Part shown: positions 1 through 9,613 of the stretch, piece by piece | How the letters are laid out: every line of letters starts with the position of its first letter | How positions within the stretch are numbered: the first letter of the stretch is position 1 | DNA from: Phycisphaerae bacterium | GTDB lineage: Bacteria > Planctomycetota > Phycisphaerae > UBA1845 | Reading direction: 5' to 3' | Assembly (NCBI GenBank): GCA_963666835.2 | Contig: CAXXGO010000006.1 | Coordinates: forward strand, 672,001 to 736,000 | Length of the DNA: 64,000 bases | Made by a program: the position numbers and the translations under genes | The notes under the pieces: generated by a model | What the model was told of the DNA's origin: nothing | Seen by the model: only the letters and a program-made list of their open reading frames with translations | The model's database searches: none

Positions 1-2
1 CC

Positions 3-347
3 GGCAAGGAGTCTCCGCTGCGTTTTGCGAAACGTGACATTCTTCCGTCACTCGAAGCCGACAAGTGCCGGCCGTGGTACGATCTCGATGCCGCGTATTT
101 GCATCGATATCTTCTGGATGAGCTGTTACAGAAGGAGCTTGGTGCCGAGCCGAAGATCCGGTACGTCAAGTCGGCCGAGGACGCCCGGCAGACCGCGCGT
201 GATGAACTGGGAGTCGCACTGTTGGTAAAGGCCACTCCGATGGCACACTTGCAGGCGGTGAGCGAGGCGGGCGGCCTGATGCCGCAAAAGAGCACCTATT
301 TCTACCCGAAACTGGCGACCGGCTTGACGATCAACCCGCTTACGTAG
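3..347 (+). CDS. DUF1015-family protein, C-terminal part (5' end outside window)
   Basis: Frame is open from the window start. C-terminal motif MPQKSTYFYPKLATGL is typical of DUF1015. Confidence 0.8.
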   Translation, partial: GKESPLRFAKRDILPSLEADKCRPWYDLDAAYLHRYLLDELLQKELGAEPKIRYVKSAEDARQTARDELGVALLVKATPMAHLQAVSEAGGLMPQKSTYFYPKLATGLTINPLT

Positions 348-374
348 AGCGGCCGCCGGAGTTGCGAGCAAGTT

Positions 375-713
375 ATGAAGAAGGTGTTCAGAACGATGGA
401 CCCCGGAGAGATGGGGATCGTCCAGACTCTAATGGCGGAAGAGGGAATCGAAACCGTAATCCTCAACGAAGCGATCAGCACGGTCATGCCCGAAGTGCCC
501 TTCCTGTCGGCGAAGCCCGAGCTTTGGGTCATAAACGACGCCGATGAAGATCGCGCCAAAGTGGTTGTAGAGCGGTATCAGTCCGGAGCGGTGCAGGCGG
601 AACTCGAAGACGAGCCGTGGATATGCCCCACCTGCGGAGAGCAAATCGAAGGGCAATTCTCCGAGTGCTGGAACTGCGCGGACGGTGCCGCGGAGCAGGA
701 ATCCGAACCCTGA
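375..713 (+). CDS. DUF2007 (putative signal-transducing) protein with C-terminal RanBP2-like Zn finger
   Basis: 112 aa; LMAEEGIE..ELWV N-terminal domain; WxCxxC-x10-CxxC. Confidence 0.75.
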   Translation: MKKVFRTMDPGEMGIVQTLMAEEGIETVILNEAISTVMPEVPFLSAKPELWVINDADEDRAKVVVERYQSGAVQAELEDEPWICPTCGEQIEGQFSECWNCADGAAEQESEP

Positions 714-743
714 CCGCCGGCGCTGATCATCCCACGCCGTTGC

Positions 744-978
744 GGCGGATCGCTCACGCTTACCGTACTGATGGCAGGTCTCGTGCCTCGACCATGCCCT
801 ACGAGGGTGGCATGGGTCAACTTGTTGACCCGTGAGGCGTGACGCGTTCCGCAGGGCGGATCCTACTGCCGGTTACAGTATCAACATGGGAGGCGACGAA
901 TCACCGCGTATCGGTCAAGGGCGGATCGCTCACGCTTACCGTACTGATGGCAGGTCTCGTGCCTCGACCATGCCCTAC
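744..978. repeat. 59-bp direct repeat (744-802, 920-978), each copy ending in a GTAG-type REP palindrome
   Basis: ggcggatcgctcacgcttaccgtactgatggcaggtctcgtgcctcgaccatgccctac occurs twice. Confidence 0.9.
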
Positions 979-997
979 TGCATTCCGCGCGGCGTTG

Positions 998-1351
998 TTA
1001 CATGCTCAATCGGATCTTAGTGCCTTCAGCCGTGTGCTCGCTGAGCACAACAGAGAACTCGTCATGGTAGTCCAAGTTGCCCAGGTGAATCCGTAGATCC
1101 ACCCGCTGGCCGGGCACGACATGTGTCTTGTTAGATGCCACGATCCCGACGCCGCCGTACCCGATGTCCACACACGTGGCCGTGTCCTCGACGCCGTCCG
1201 CGGTAATGGTGGCCGGCAGATGCCGAGCGAAGCGGTGGCAGCGCCGATGTTCGGGGCCAATGTCGCCGTGCGGAATGGGCGTCTCGAGTCCCGGGCAGAT
1301 GAGGTCTCGAATCGGTCGCTCCATCACGGGTTCGGGCTTCGGTGTGGACAT
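998..1351 (-). CDS. PilZ-like domain protein
   Basis: Start MSTPKPE with AAGGA upstream; RRCHRF (RxxxR) and DIGYGG (DxSxxG-like) motifs. Confidence 0.65.
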   Translation of the reverse strand: MSTPKPEPVMERPIRDLICPGLETPIPHGDIGPEHRRCHRFARHLPATITADGVEDTATCVDIGYGGVGIVASNKTHVVPGQRVDLRIHLGNLDYHDEFSVVLSEHTAEGTKIRLSM

Positions 1352-1537
1352 GCTCTTGGTCCTTTCGCCGGGCAAAGACAGGTGGTAATTCGACTTCTTA
1401 ACCCTCTTATCGGCTGCCGCCCGGCTGAGTTTTTGCGAGAGCATGCGGGTGCCCCCATACCTGGCGGGTGCCCCATCCATCCAGGCGTTCGCTGGGCTGG
1501 TGCGGCCGCACGGGTTCGCCGCCGGGATGGGTGGGGG

Positions 1538-3464
1538 GAAAGCGCCGGTAAGCCGGTGAGGAGTAGTGGATGAGAGAGCCATACGGTGAAGGAATAGCGA
1601 ACCACACCGACCCCGAGTCATACTGTGGTGTCCGCAAGGGCATGGCGGGAGCGTTGACAGGGGCACGTGCGGGCCGGCCATTGAGCCGTGAAAGCCTTTT
1701 ACTCCGGAGTGCCGACGCCGTCCCCCAAGGCGGAAGGCAACACCGGAGGGCGTCGTTAACGCGAGACGCCTTTCGGACTCCGCGCGGTCTTAGAACCCGA
1801 GCACGCACGGAAACTCCTCACGCGGAACCCGGGAGATCCCGCGTTCGGCCTCGAACATGGCATCGAGGTCCGCAGTGTGAATCCATAGGAGCACGACACT
1901 GATGCACGGGCGCGGGAAGTCGGACAGGCCCATAGTACCGAAGAAGACTGCGAACAACGGTGATCCCCCGGCGGGGAGGTCGTCCGCGGAGCAGTTGGAG
2001 GAAAGGGGCCTGGCCAAGGGCAACTCGATTCGACACGACAGGCACCGTACGCAGAGCCGGGATCGTCTGCAAAGCGGGTTGGATCGGGTACGACAGGCAG
2101 CGGTAAAGGATAAGGATTTACAGTTCACCACGCTTTGGCACCACGTCTATGATGTCGCTCGCCTCCGGGAGGCGTACTTGAGCCTCAAGCATGCTTCGGC
2201 ACCGGGGATGGACGGCATGACATGGGAGGCGTACGGCAGGGACCTAGAAGAACACCTCTTGGATCTGTCGGCACGTCTACAGCGCGGAGCGTACCGAGCG
2301 AGGCCGGTCAAGCGGGTCTACATTCCGAAACCCGATGGACGGCAGAGACCAATAGGGATTCCCGTGTTGGAAGACAAGATCGTCCAACGGGCGATGACCG
2401 ATGTGCTCTCGGCTGTCTACGAGGCAGACTTCCTCGGGTTCTCCTACGGATTTCGACCAGGACGGGACGCCCATCAGGCGTTAAGTGCCCTGACTGTCGG
2501 CATCGAGAGGAAGAAGGTGAATTGGGTGCTGGATGCAGACATTCGTGGATTCTTCGATGCCATAGACCACGATTGGCTGATCAAGTTCGTCGAGCACCGG
2601 ATCGCAGACCAGCGTGTCGTGCGTCACGTGAAGAAGTGGCTGAACGCCGGCGTGCTGGAGGACGGGTGTCGAAGGGACACGGAGACGGGGACGCCGCAGG
2701 GGGGCAGTATCAGCCCGCTATTGGCGAACATCTATCTCCATTACGCCTTCGACTTGTGGGCCCGCCAATGGCGACGGACGCAAGCTCACGGAGATGTGAT
2801 TATCGTGAGATATGCGGACGACTTCGTGGTGGGATTTCAACAGCGAGAGGATGCCGAGCGGTTTCGGGATGAGCTGACGGATCGCCTCCGGAAGTTCAAG
2901 CTGGAGCTACATGCGGACAAGACTCGTCTGATTGAGTTCGGCCGTTTTGCGTCGACCAATCGCAAGCGAGAAGGCCGCGGCAAACCGGCGACCTTCGAGT
3001 TTCTGGGTTTTCGCCACATCTGTGGCAAGACCCGGCGTGGGAGGTTCACGGTACTACGGCAGACTGTCGCGAAACGACGGCGTGCGAAGCTCAAAGCGAT
3101 TAAGCAAGAGCTTCGGCGACGTATGCATGCCCCCGTCCGAGAGGTGGGCGCGTATTTGCGGGCGGTGGTTCGCGGGTACTATCAGTATTATGCGGTACCG
3201 CGGAACTACCCGGCCTTAACGGCATTTCGGGATGAGGTTGTCCGTCTTTGGCGCTGGACGCTCCGGCGTCGCAGCGAGAAGACTCGGATTACCTGGGCCC
3301 GCATGAACCGTTTGGCCAAGCAGTGGATACCTGCTCCCAAAATCCTACATCCTTACCCCGACCGACACCTGGCCGTTATGACCCAAGGCAGGAGCCCAGT
3401 GCGGTAGTCCCGCACGCTGGGATCTGTGGAGGGGGTCCCGGGTAACCGGGATTCCTACTCCGAC
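1538..3464 (+). mobile_element. Group II intron (IIB-like, En-minus), copy 1
   Basis: DV GGAGCCCAGTGCGG-TAGT-CCCGCACGCTGGGATC with AGC triad; DVI with bulged A (3457); ends in AC. EBS1 CCCCCA (1722-1727) is complementary to the 5' exon TGGGGG. Boundaries come from comparing filled and empty sites. Confidence 0.93.
1902..3407 (+). CDS. ltrA: Group II intron reverse transcriptase/maturase
   Basis: RPIGIP..EDKIVQ, SYGFRPG, GTPQGGSISPLLANIYL, RYADD and FEFLGF motifs, X domain, no HNH. True start may lie downstream; the stop codon falls inside DV. Confidence 0.97.
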   Translation: MHGRGKSDRPIVPKKTANNGDPPAGRSSAEQLEERGLAKGNSIRHDRHRTQSRDRLQSGLDRVRQAAVKDKDLQFTTLWHHVYDVARLREAYLSLKHASAPGMDGMTWEAYGRDLEEHLLDLSARLQRGAYRARPVKRVYIPKPDGRQRPIGIPVLEDKIVQRAMTDVLSAVYEADFLGFSYGFRPGRDAHQALSALTVGIERKKVNWVLDADIRGFFDAIDHDWLIKFVEHRIADQRVVRHVKKWLNAGVLEDGCRRDTETGTPQGGSISPLLANIYLHYAFDLWARQWRRTQAHGDVIIVRYADDFVVGFQQREDAERFRDELTDRLRKFKLELHADKTRLIEFGRFASTNRKREGRGKPATFEFLGFRHICGKTRRGRFTVLRQTVAKRRRAKLKAIKQELRRRMHAPVREVGAYLRAVVRGYYQYYAVPRNYPALTAFRDEVVRLWRWTLRRRSEKTRITWARMNRLAKQWIPAPKILHPYPDRHLAVMTQGRSPVR

Positions 3465-3654
3465 ACGGATACGAACTAGGGAGAATCCCGCATTCCGAAA
3501 TCGGTCCCCCACCCTTCGCCTGTGGCGTAGTGCGTACGCCGCAATCGCACCTGTATACGGGGCTCTTCGTCCATTGCGATATGACCCGGGGCGAAGGATG
3601 GGGCACCGACCTGCGGGTAAACCCGGGTCTCGGTGCCGGGAACGGTGGATCGGC

Positions 3655-4614
3655 TCAGCCTCTGTCCAAGGCAACAACACGTTCGGCGATGCCGCGGATA
3701 TGACGGTCGTCGGTCCCGCAGCAGCCGCCGAGAACTCGCAAGCCAAACCTGTCGCAGACATCCATCATAAGCTCCGCGAACGCCTCCGGAGTCTCAGACA
3801 GGTCCAGTTCGGCACTTTCATCCAACTCCGCCGGGTCCAATCGCGAGGCGTTTCCCTGTAGGCCTATCACCCGCGAACAGAGCCCGGCCGCAGCTTTCGT
3901 CTCCGCTTCGAGCGCCGCGGCGAAACCAGACGGGTGAACGCAATTGACCAGGTACGCCAGCGGCCGGGGCGAGGTTTCCGCGTCGATGCGGTGCACCGCC
4001 TCGTGCAGCGGAGTCCCGTCGAGCACGGTTCCGGTCGGACGGATAACAAAGCTCAGCAGGAAGGGAACGCTGCATTCGGCCGCAGCTCGAGTGATACCCA
4101 ACGCCTCACTCACGGCCGGGATTGTGGCGGCCATGAGAAAATCCGCGCCGGCATCGGCAAGGGCACGCAATTGCGAGCGATGGAACTCGGCCGCGTCCTT
4201 CGACGATAACGCCTGCTCCGGGTCGTAGGCATCGCCGCGGCACCCGGTCAATCCGCCGATGAGAACCTGTGAAGCGTAGTCACCAAGGTCCTTGCGAATT
4301 CCGGCAAGGAACCGGACGGCGTCCCCGTTCACATCCGGATGGTCCTCCAGACCGGCGGCGTGCAGACGCTCCGGATTGGCCCGCCAGGTGGGCGTGCCGA
4401 CTACCATGGGGAGCCCGCACGCTTTGCCGATTTCGAAGTACTGCCGGTAGATTCGCGCGACGGCCGCCCACCCGTCGGGCTGATAGATCAGCCCCGCGTG
4501 GAGCACGTGCGGATCAAGCGTGACCGTGGGATCCCGGCGGAGGCGTTCGATCACCGCCCCTTCGGTCAGCACCACCTGGGAACCGCGGATCACCCCATCA
4601 AGTGACATAGTCAT
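3655..4614 (-). CDS. Homocysteine S-methyltransferase family protein
   Basis: EGAVIERL, TPTWRAN, GADFL, VNC and GGCCGTD Zn motifs. Start trimmed to MTMSL because the upstream extension runs through repeats. Confidence 0.88.
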   Translation of the reverse strand: MTMSLDGVIRGSQVVLTEGAVIERLRRDPTVTLDPHVLHAGLIYQPDGWAAVARIYRQYFEIGKACGLPMVVGTPTWRANPERLHAAGLEDHPDVNGDAVRFLAGIRKDLGDYASQVLIGGLTGCRGDAYDPEQALSSKDAAEFHRSQLRALADAGADFLMAATIPAVSEALGITRAAAECSVPFLLSFVIRPTGTVLDGTPLHEAVHRIDAETSPRPLAYLVNCVHPSGFAAALEAETKAAAGLCSRVIGLQGNASRLDPAELDESAELDLSETPEAFAELMMDVCDRFGLRVLGGCCGTDDRHIRGIAERVVALDRG

Positions 4615-4893
4615 GACATAACCGCTACCGGGCGGCGCCATGGTAACATGGCGCGCTTCCACGCCAGGGACGAGCCCCGGCGCTACATTGGCCGGGTGGC
4701 CCCCGTCCTTTTGTCTTTGCCGTGCGGTCCGAGCCTTTGCGGGCTGTTCAATGGCACTCCCGCTGGACGTGGGGGAGGCGATGATCAGCGGTCGACATTT
4801 TGCGGCAGGTCTCGTACGTCGACCATGCCCTACGAACACTTAACCGCACGTACGTCGGTGCGCAGATTGGTCCGCGGAGCAGACCCTATCGGG

Positions 4894-7800
4894 CTACGCC
4901 GTAACTTCGCACGATGTTCCGGCGGCCTGTTCTTTCGGGCTCGAGGCGGCTTTCACCAATCGCACCCGGGTGTTACCCGGCGCGTGATACTCCAGATAGC
5001 GGCCCAGAGACCGAACCGCCTGATCAGCCGAACGGAAGACCGGTACCCCGCCCGCCCGGATGGCGTTCGCCATGGCGTCGTAAGGCTGCCCGGCATCGAT
5101 AACGGCCACCAACGGCTTCGACGACTCTGCCAGCAGCTTCGGCAGCAGCGTGGTCAGGCCCGGAGACTTCTCCAGCTCCGCGGCCGTGGTCGCCAGTTGC
5201 GGTGTCAATGGTACGGCACCAACGATCACGGCATCGATTTCGGCATCTTCCATCATCGCCCGGGCGCAAGCTTCGAACACCCGCTCCCCGGCCATCGGGG
5301 TAAGGTCGAGCGGGTTCCGCACGTTCACCAGCGAGTCGATCTTGGCCTCAGCGAGGCTCTTGCCGATGCTCTGCGCGGTTTTCTCCGACAGATCCGGCAT
5401 TTCGACCTGATATCGGGCTCCCTGGATCGAATCGGCCATGCCGACCGTTTCAAACCCGGCGTTGCTGATCGCCGCGATCCGCGAACCGGCGACCTTCTTC
5501 CCGTGCAGAGCCGTACCCAACTCAATGAGCTGTTCAAACTCGCGGAAAGTGTCGGCTACGATCGCCCCGGCGTTGGAGACGGCAGCCTGGCACACATCGT
5601 AGTCCCCGGCAACGGAAGCCGTGTGCCCGGCCGTGGCCGCCCGACCCGGCGCGGTCCGCCCGGCCTTGTAGAAGACCACGGTCTTACCGGCGGCGGTAAT
5701 CTCACGTACCGCCCGCGTGAACTCGAGCCCGTCGAGATCGTTGAAGCCCTCTACGTAAACACCGAGGCAGTCGATGTCGCGGCGCTGTCCGACGTTTCGC
5801 ACCAGGTCGGACATGGTCAGGTCGATCTGGTTCCCGGCGGATACCGCCACCGCCGGATCCAGCGATTCGACGTTGCTCATCCGCGTTATGATGAAGGCTC
5901 CACTTTGGGAAACCAGAGCCACGCGCCGCGGCGGTACGTTACGCCGCGGATCGAGCTTGTTGTCCGGAATGAAGAACGTGTCGTAGCTGCCCGGGCGCGA
6001 TCGGATACCCATGGAGTTGGGCCCGAGGAACACCGGCCCGCCGTCCGCTCGTTCCCGCGAGTCCTGGATCACCTTGCGGATCTCCGCTTCGATTGCGCCG
6101 GAGCCTTCGGTTTCCCCTAATCCGCCCGGGATGAGAATAGCGGTGGTTACCTTCTTGCTGTCAATAACGGACTCGATCATCTCGGGCATCTTGTCCGACG
6201 CGGCCGCGATCACCAGCAGGTCGACCGTCTCCGGAAGAGCGGACACGTCCGCCACACAGCGGACCCCGTCGATCTCCTCGATCCCTTCCTTGATTGCGTA
6301 AACGTGATCGACCGGGAACCCGCACGCTCGCACATTTGCCAGAATGATCCGGCCGAAGTTCACCCGCTTGGCCGAGACGCCTATTACCGCAATCGACTTC
6401 GGCTCGAGCATATTCCGGATCTTCGCAACCGGACGGGCGACCGGAGCTTCGCCGATCGGACCCGCCTGCCCGCGCCCGTCGAGCGGAACCAGATGGTTCC
6501 GGACGGTCGCAAACGGGTTCACTTCCAACTCGCGCAGACCCAACTGCTGCGCGTGGCCACCCACACAGAACCGGCGGGCGATTGCCAGGAAGGCGGCAAA
6601 ACAACGAGTCATCTCACTATCGGAGACCGCCCGGGTGCGTCCGCGGGCCTTCGCCGCCAGAACATCGTAAGAGGCGGTCTTTTTGAACAGCTCGAAGAAC
6701 TCCGCCGCCGTAGTATCGGCCGCAAGAGCTTTCGCCACCGCAACGCCCGGCTTCATCTGCCGGGCGAGGTATTCGGTATCGACCCCGCCGAGCCCGGCCG
6801 CAATGATCGGGCCGAACTCACGCGTGGCTCTGATACCGACGAACAGCTCGCCGCCGAATCCGGGATTGGACTGTTTGACGAACTCGACCATCAACACCCC
6901 GGCCACCTTCTTATCGCCTTGCCGGGCAATAAGGTCGGCGACCTCGCGGTTAACCGTATCGGCGTCCTTGGATACGAACAGAACCGCCCCGGCCTCGGTC
7001 TTGTGGACGACCTCTTCGGAGACCAGCTTGAGCACCACCTTATCACCGGGAAACGCCTGCAGATGTTCGGCGGAGACGGTCTCGCCTTTGGCAATGAAAC
7101 GGTGCTTGGGAGGCGTCGCAGCCCCGGCGACCTCGAGCAGGTGATAGACCTCGTGCTCGTACAACTGCCCGCGGTTCTCTAACTGGAGTTTCCCGATAAT
7201 CCGCGCAATGGACTCTTCCGCCTCGGGAGTAAGATCCGCTTGTTCTGCCGGCGGCTGCTCGCCGACCGACAGAAGCGCGGCACCGTCACCCTCGAGCTGC
7301 TCGGGGGTCAGCGCAGCGATGGACTTCAGAACGTCTGGTGACGACAGCCCCTGTTCGAGCCCCTTTCGATAAGTCGTCGCTGCGGTTCGACCGATCCGGC
7401 AGGCCCGCTGGTTCACCGCGACGACCGCTTCGCCCTTGCGGCCGAACATCTTGGCCAAAGCGGCGTTGAGTTCGCTGAGATCCTGTCCCAACAGCTCCGA
7501 AGCGGCTCCCAGCATGATGGTGTTGACCGCTCGCGCGTTACCCGCCGCCTTGGCAAGTTCAGCCGCGTCGATAAGCACGTGGTTGGGGAACCCGCTGATC
7601 CGGTCGAGGATACTCTCGGCGGTAGGGTAGTTGGGGATATTCACGAACGGCGCCGTACTCGCCACGATCCACCCGGTCTTCTTCAGGTATTGGACGTACC
7701 GCAGAGCCTCGAGCGGCTCAATAGCAAGCACCAGATCCGCCCCGCCGAACGGGATGAGATCACTGTGCAGCTCGTGGTCGGCAAAGCGAAGGTGAGATTG

Positions 7801-7944
7801 CACGTCCCCTCCGCGCTGCGACATCCCGTGTACTTCGGCCTGTTTCACGTGCCAGTTGCGCTCAATCGCAGCAAGGGAGATAGCCTGCGCGATAGTAAGG
7901 ATCCCCTGTCCGCCAACCCCGGCGAGAATTACATTGCATTCCAT
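4894..7944 (-). CDS. Fusion: indolepyruvate oxidoreductase beta subunit + ADP-forming acyl-CoA synthetase (ATP-grasp + CoA-binding/ligase domains)
   Basis: N-terminal GVGGQG..EVHGMSQRGG (IorB); middle VVLKLVS..HKTEAGAV, FGPII..GLGG, ELEVNP (ATP-grasp); C-terminal PKSIAVIGVS, GPNSMG, SQSGA, GHTASVAG, NPLDLT. GAGGT RBS before ATG 7944. Confidence 0.9.
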   Translation of the reverse strand: MECNVILAGVGGQGILTIAQAISLAAIERNWHVKQAEVHGMSQRGGDVQSHLRFADHELHSDLIPFGGADLVLAIEPLEALRYVQYLKKTGWIVASTAPFVNIPNYPTAESILDRISGFPNHVLIDAAELAKAAGNARAVNTIMLGAASELLGQDLSELNAALAKMFGRKGEAVVAVNQRACRIGRTAATTYRKGLEQGLSSPDVLKSIAALTPEQLEGDGAALLSVGEQPPAEQADLTPEAEESIARIIGKLQLENRGQLYEHEVYHLLEVAGAATPPKHRFIAKGETVSAEHLQAFPGDKVVLKLVSEEVVHKTEAGAVLFVSKDADTVNREVADLIARQGDKKVAGVLMVEFVKQSNPGFGGELFVGIRATREFGPIIAAGLGGVDTEYLARQMKPGVAVAKALAADTTAAEFFELFKKTASYDVLAAKARGRTRAVSDSEMTRCFAAFLAIARRFCVGGHAQQLGLRELEVNPFATVRNHLVPLDGRGQAGPIGEAPVARPVAKIRNMLEPKSIAVIGVSAKRVNFGRIILANVRACGFPVDHVYAIKEGIEEIDGVRCVADVSALPETVDLLVIAAASDKMPEMIESVIDSKKVTTAILIPGGLGETEGSGAIEAEIRKVIQDSRERADGGPVFLGPNSMGIRSRPGSYDTFFIPDNKLDPRRNVPPRRVALVSQSGAFIITRMSNVESLDPAVAVSAGNQIDLTMSDLVRNVGQRRDIDCLGVYVEGFNDLDGLEFTRAVREITAAGKTVVFYKAGRTAPGRAATAGHTASVAGDYDVCQAAVSNAGAIVADTFREFEQLIELGTALHGKKVAGSRIAAISNAGFETVGMADSIQGARYQVEMPDLSEKTAQSIGKSLAEAKIDSLVNVRNPLDLTPMAGERVFEACARAMMEDAEIDAVIVGAVPLTPQLATTAAELEKSPGLTTLLPKLLAESSKPLVAVIDAGQPYDAMANAIRAGGVPVFRSADQAVRSLGRYLEYHAPGNTRVRLVKAASSPKEQAAGTSCEVTA

Positions 7945-7999
7945 CAGATTGACCTCAATCGTTAGCTCGCGGGCCCCCAGATGCGCCCGGTTGTTCTCA

Positions 8000-9613
8000 C
8001 TACGCCGATGCCGTGACCTTCTCCGTCGTGGGCTTGGCCGGCGGCCGAATCTGGATGCAAGGCCGCTGGGCCACAATAACGGAAAGCCCTTTGTGATCCA
8101 CCTCGCGGCGAACCAGTTTGACGTTCTCTTCGTGATTCCTCTTGAGCGGTTCGAGCTGGACAATGTGGTCCGCACTCACCCCAAGCCCTTCGACTATCTT
8201 GAGCAGGCCTTCCCCGGTGCCCAGCGTCGGCTGCCCACCGGTCATGCCTACCGTGGCGTTGTCCAAGAGGATCACCGTGATGTTGTTGTCGTTGTGCGCC
8301 GCCCCCAGCAGCGGGGTCATCCCCGAATGGGTGAAAGTGGAATCTCCGATCGCGCAGAGGACCGGATGAGCCCCGCCTTTAGCCGCCCCGATTGCCATAC
8401 TGACCGACGCACCCATGTCCACACAGGAATCCACCGCATTGAACGGAGGCAACGCCCCCAGCGTGTAACACCCGATATCGCTGAACAGAATCGCGTTGTC
8501 GAACGGCTTAATTGCCTCTTGCACCGCCTGGAAAGTGTCAATATGCGGGCACCCCTTGCAAAGAGCCGGTGGGCGCGGCGGCAGGCCGTCCGCGGGCTTG
8601 AGCGCGTCCAAAGCCGTCATCCCCAGCCCGGCCCGCACGGTGTCGGCGGTAAGTTCGCCATCCAGCGATAGATGCCCGGTCCGCTTGCCCATAATCGCCT
8701 TGCCCGGAATGCCCAGCAGACCGTTTAGCCGGTCCTCGATAAACGGGTAACCCTCCTCCATGACGAAGATCTCTTCGCAATGATCGATGAGCTGCCGGAT
8801 CAACTTCGTCGGCAGCGGGTAGACCCCGATCTTCAGGATCGAATAAGATGAATCGTCGCCGAGTACCTCCCGAACATAGTTGTGCCCGATTCCGGAGGTG
8901 ATGATGCCGCGAGGACCCCGCAACGTCAGGGAGTTGAACGGCGATTCCTCCGAGTAACCCCGGAGCGACTCTTGCAGATCAAGCAAACGCCGGAACCGCC
9001 GGCGGGCATTCACCGGAAGCAAAGTCCAATCACGCGTGTCCGGATAGCCGTCGATCGCCCGGGCCTTCGCCGCGTCACGCCGGATCACGTTCGACCGACT
9101 ATGGGCCAGACGCGTTACCAGGCGGAGCAGGATCGGGAGCCCGAACGACTCCGACCGCTCGAACGCCTCCCGCGTCATCTCGTAAGCCTCCTGCTGATTG
9201 GACGGCTCGAACATCGGAATCTGGGCGAAATCGCCGAAGAACCGGCTGTCCTGCTCGTTCTGCGATGAGTGCATGCTGGGGTCGTCGGCTACGGCCAACA
9301 CGAGCCCGCCGTAAGCCCCGGTCAAAGCCGAGTTGACGAACGGGTCCGCCGCCACGTTCAACCCGACATGTTTCATCGCCACCAGCGAGCGCTTGCCGAT
9401 GAACGACATCCCCAAAGCCTCTTCGTAGGCCACCTTCTCGTTCGCTGACCAACGCGCGACTACCGAATCGTCGCCGGCCGTACGCCGCTCGACGAACTCG
9501 AAGATCTCCGTGGCCGGCGTGCCCGGATACGAGAACATGCCACTGATGCCGGCGTCGATCGCGGCAATGCCGACGGCCTCGTCGCCCAAGAGAAGTTCAG
9601 TCATGGTTTCCAC
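8000..9613 (-). CDS. iorA: Indolepyruvate ferredoxin oxidoreductase alpha subunit
   Basis: LLGDEA, YPGTPATEI, NEKVAYE, MKHVGLNVAAD, PPALCKGCPH, DIGCY and GDSTFTHSG (TPP) motifs. Confidence 0.93.
   Translation of the reverse strand: METMTELLLGDEAVGIAAIDAGISGMFSYPGTPATEIFEFVERRTAGDDSVVARWSANEKVAYEEALGMSFIGKRSLVAMKHVGLNVAADPFVNSALTGAYGGLVLAVADDPSMHSSQNEQDSRFFGDFAQIPMFEPSNQQEAYEMTREAFERSESFGLPILLRLVTRLAHSRSNVIRRDAAKARAIDGYPDTRDWTLLPVNARRRFRRLLDLQESLRGYSEESPFNSLTLRGPRGIITSGIGHNYVREVLGDDSSYSILKIGVYPLPTKLIRQLIDHCEEIFVMEEGYPFIEDRLNGLLGIPGKAIMGKRTGHLSLDGELTADTVRAGLGMTALDALKPADGLPPRPPALCKGCPHIDTFQAVQEAIKPFDNAILFSDIGCYTLGALPPFNAVDSCVDMGASVSMAIGAAKGGAHPVLCAIGDSTFTHSGMTPLLGAAHNDNNITVILLDNATVGMTGGQPTLGTGEGLLKIVEGLGVSADHIVQLEPLKRNHEENVKLVRREVDHKGLSVIVAQRPCIQIRPPAKPTTEKVTASA

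Larger units (their letters stand above)
1464..3607 (+). repeat. MITE/REPIN-like intergenic element, interrupted by intron copy 1
   Basis: Left end gcgggtgccccatcc and right end ggatggggcacc are inverted repeats. Internal sequence is homologous to the copies at 12746, 41596, 47077 and 54680. Confidence 0.75.

Noticed and set aside
1570..1902. 110-aa ORF upstream of each RT, and other ORFs repeated inside the introns
   Set aside because: They overlap ribozyme domain I or the RT gene and recur only because the intron is duplicated.
1902..3407. RT as a DGR, retron or defence RT
   Set aside because: It has YADD, a maturase X domain, flanking DV/DVI and EBS1/IBS1 pairing. No TR/VR pair, msr-msd or accessory gene was seen.
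4648..6120. 490-aa + strand ORF
   Set aside because: Antisense shadow of the acyl-CoA synthetase fusion in GC-rich DNA; no motifs.
7945..8175. N-terminal extension of the 1093-aa ORF, suggesting an iorA overlap or larger fusion
   Set aside because: It is Arg-rich, overlaps iorA in another frame, and the IorB motif with its RBS begins at 7944.
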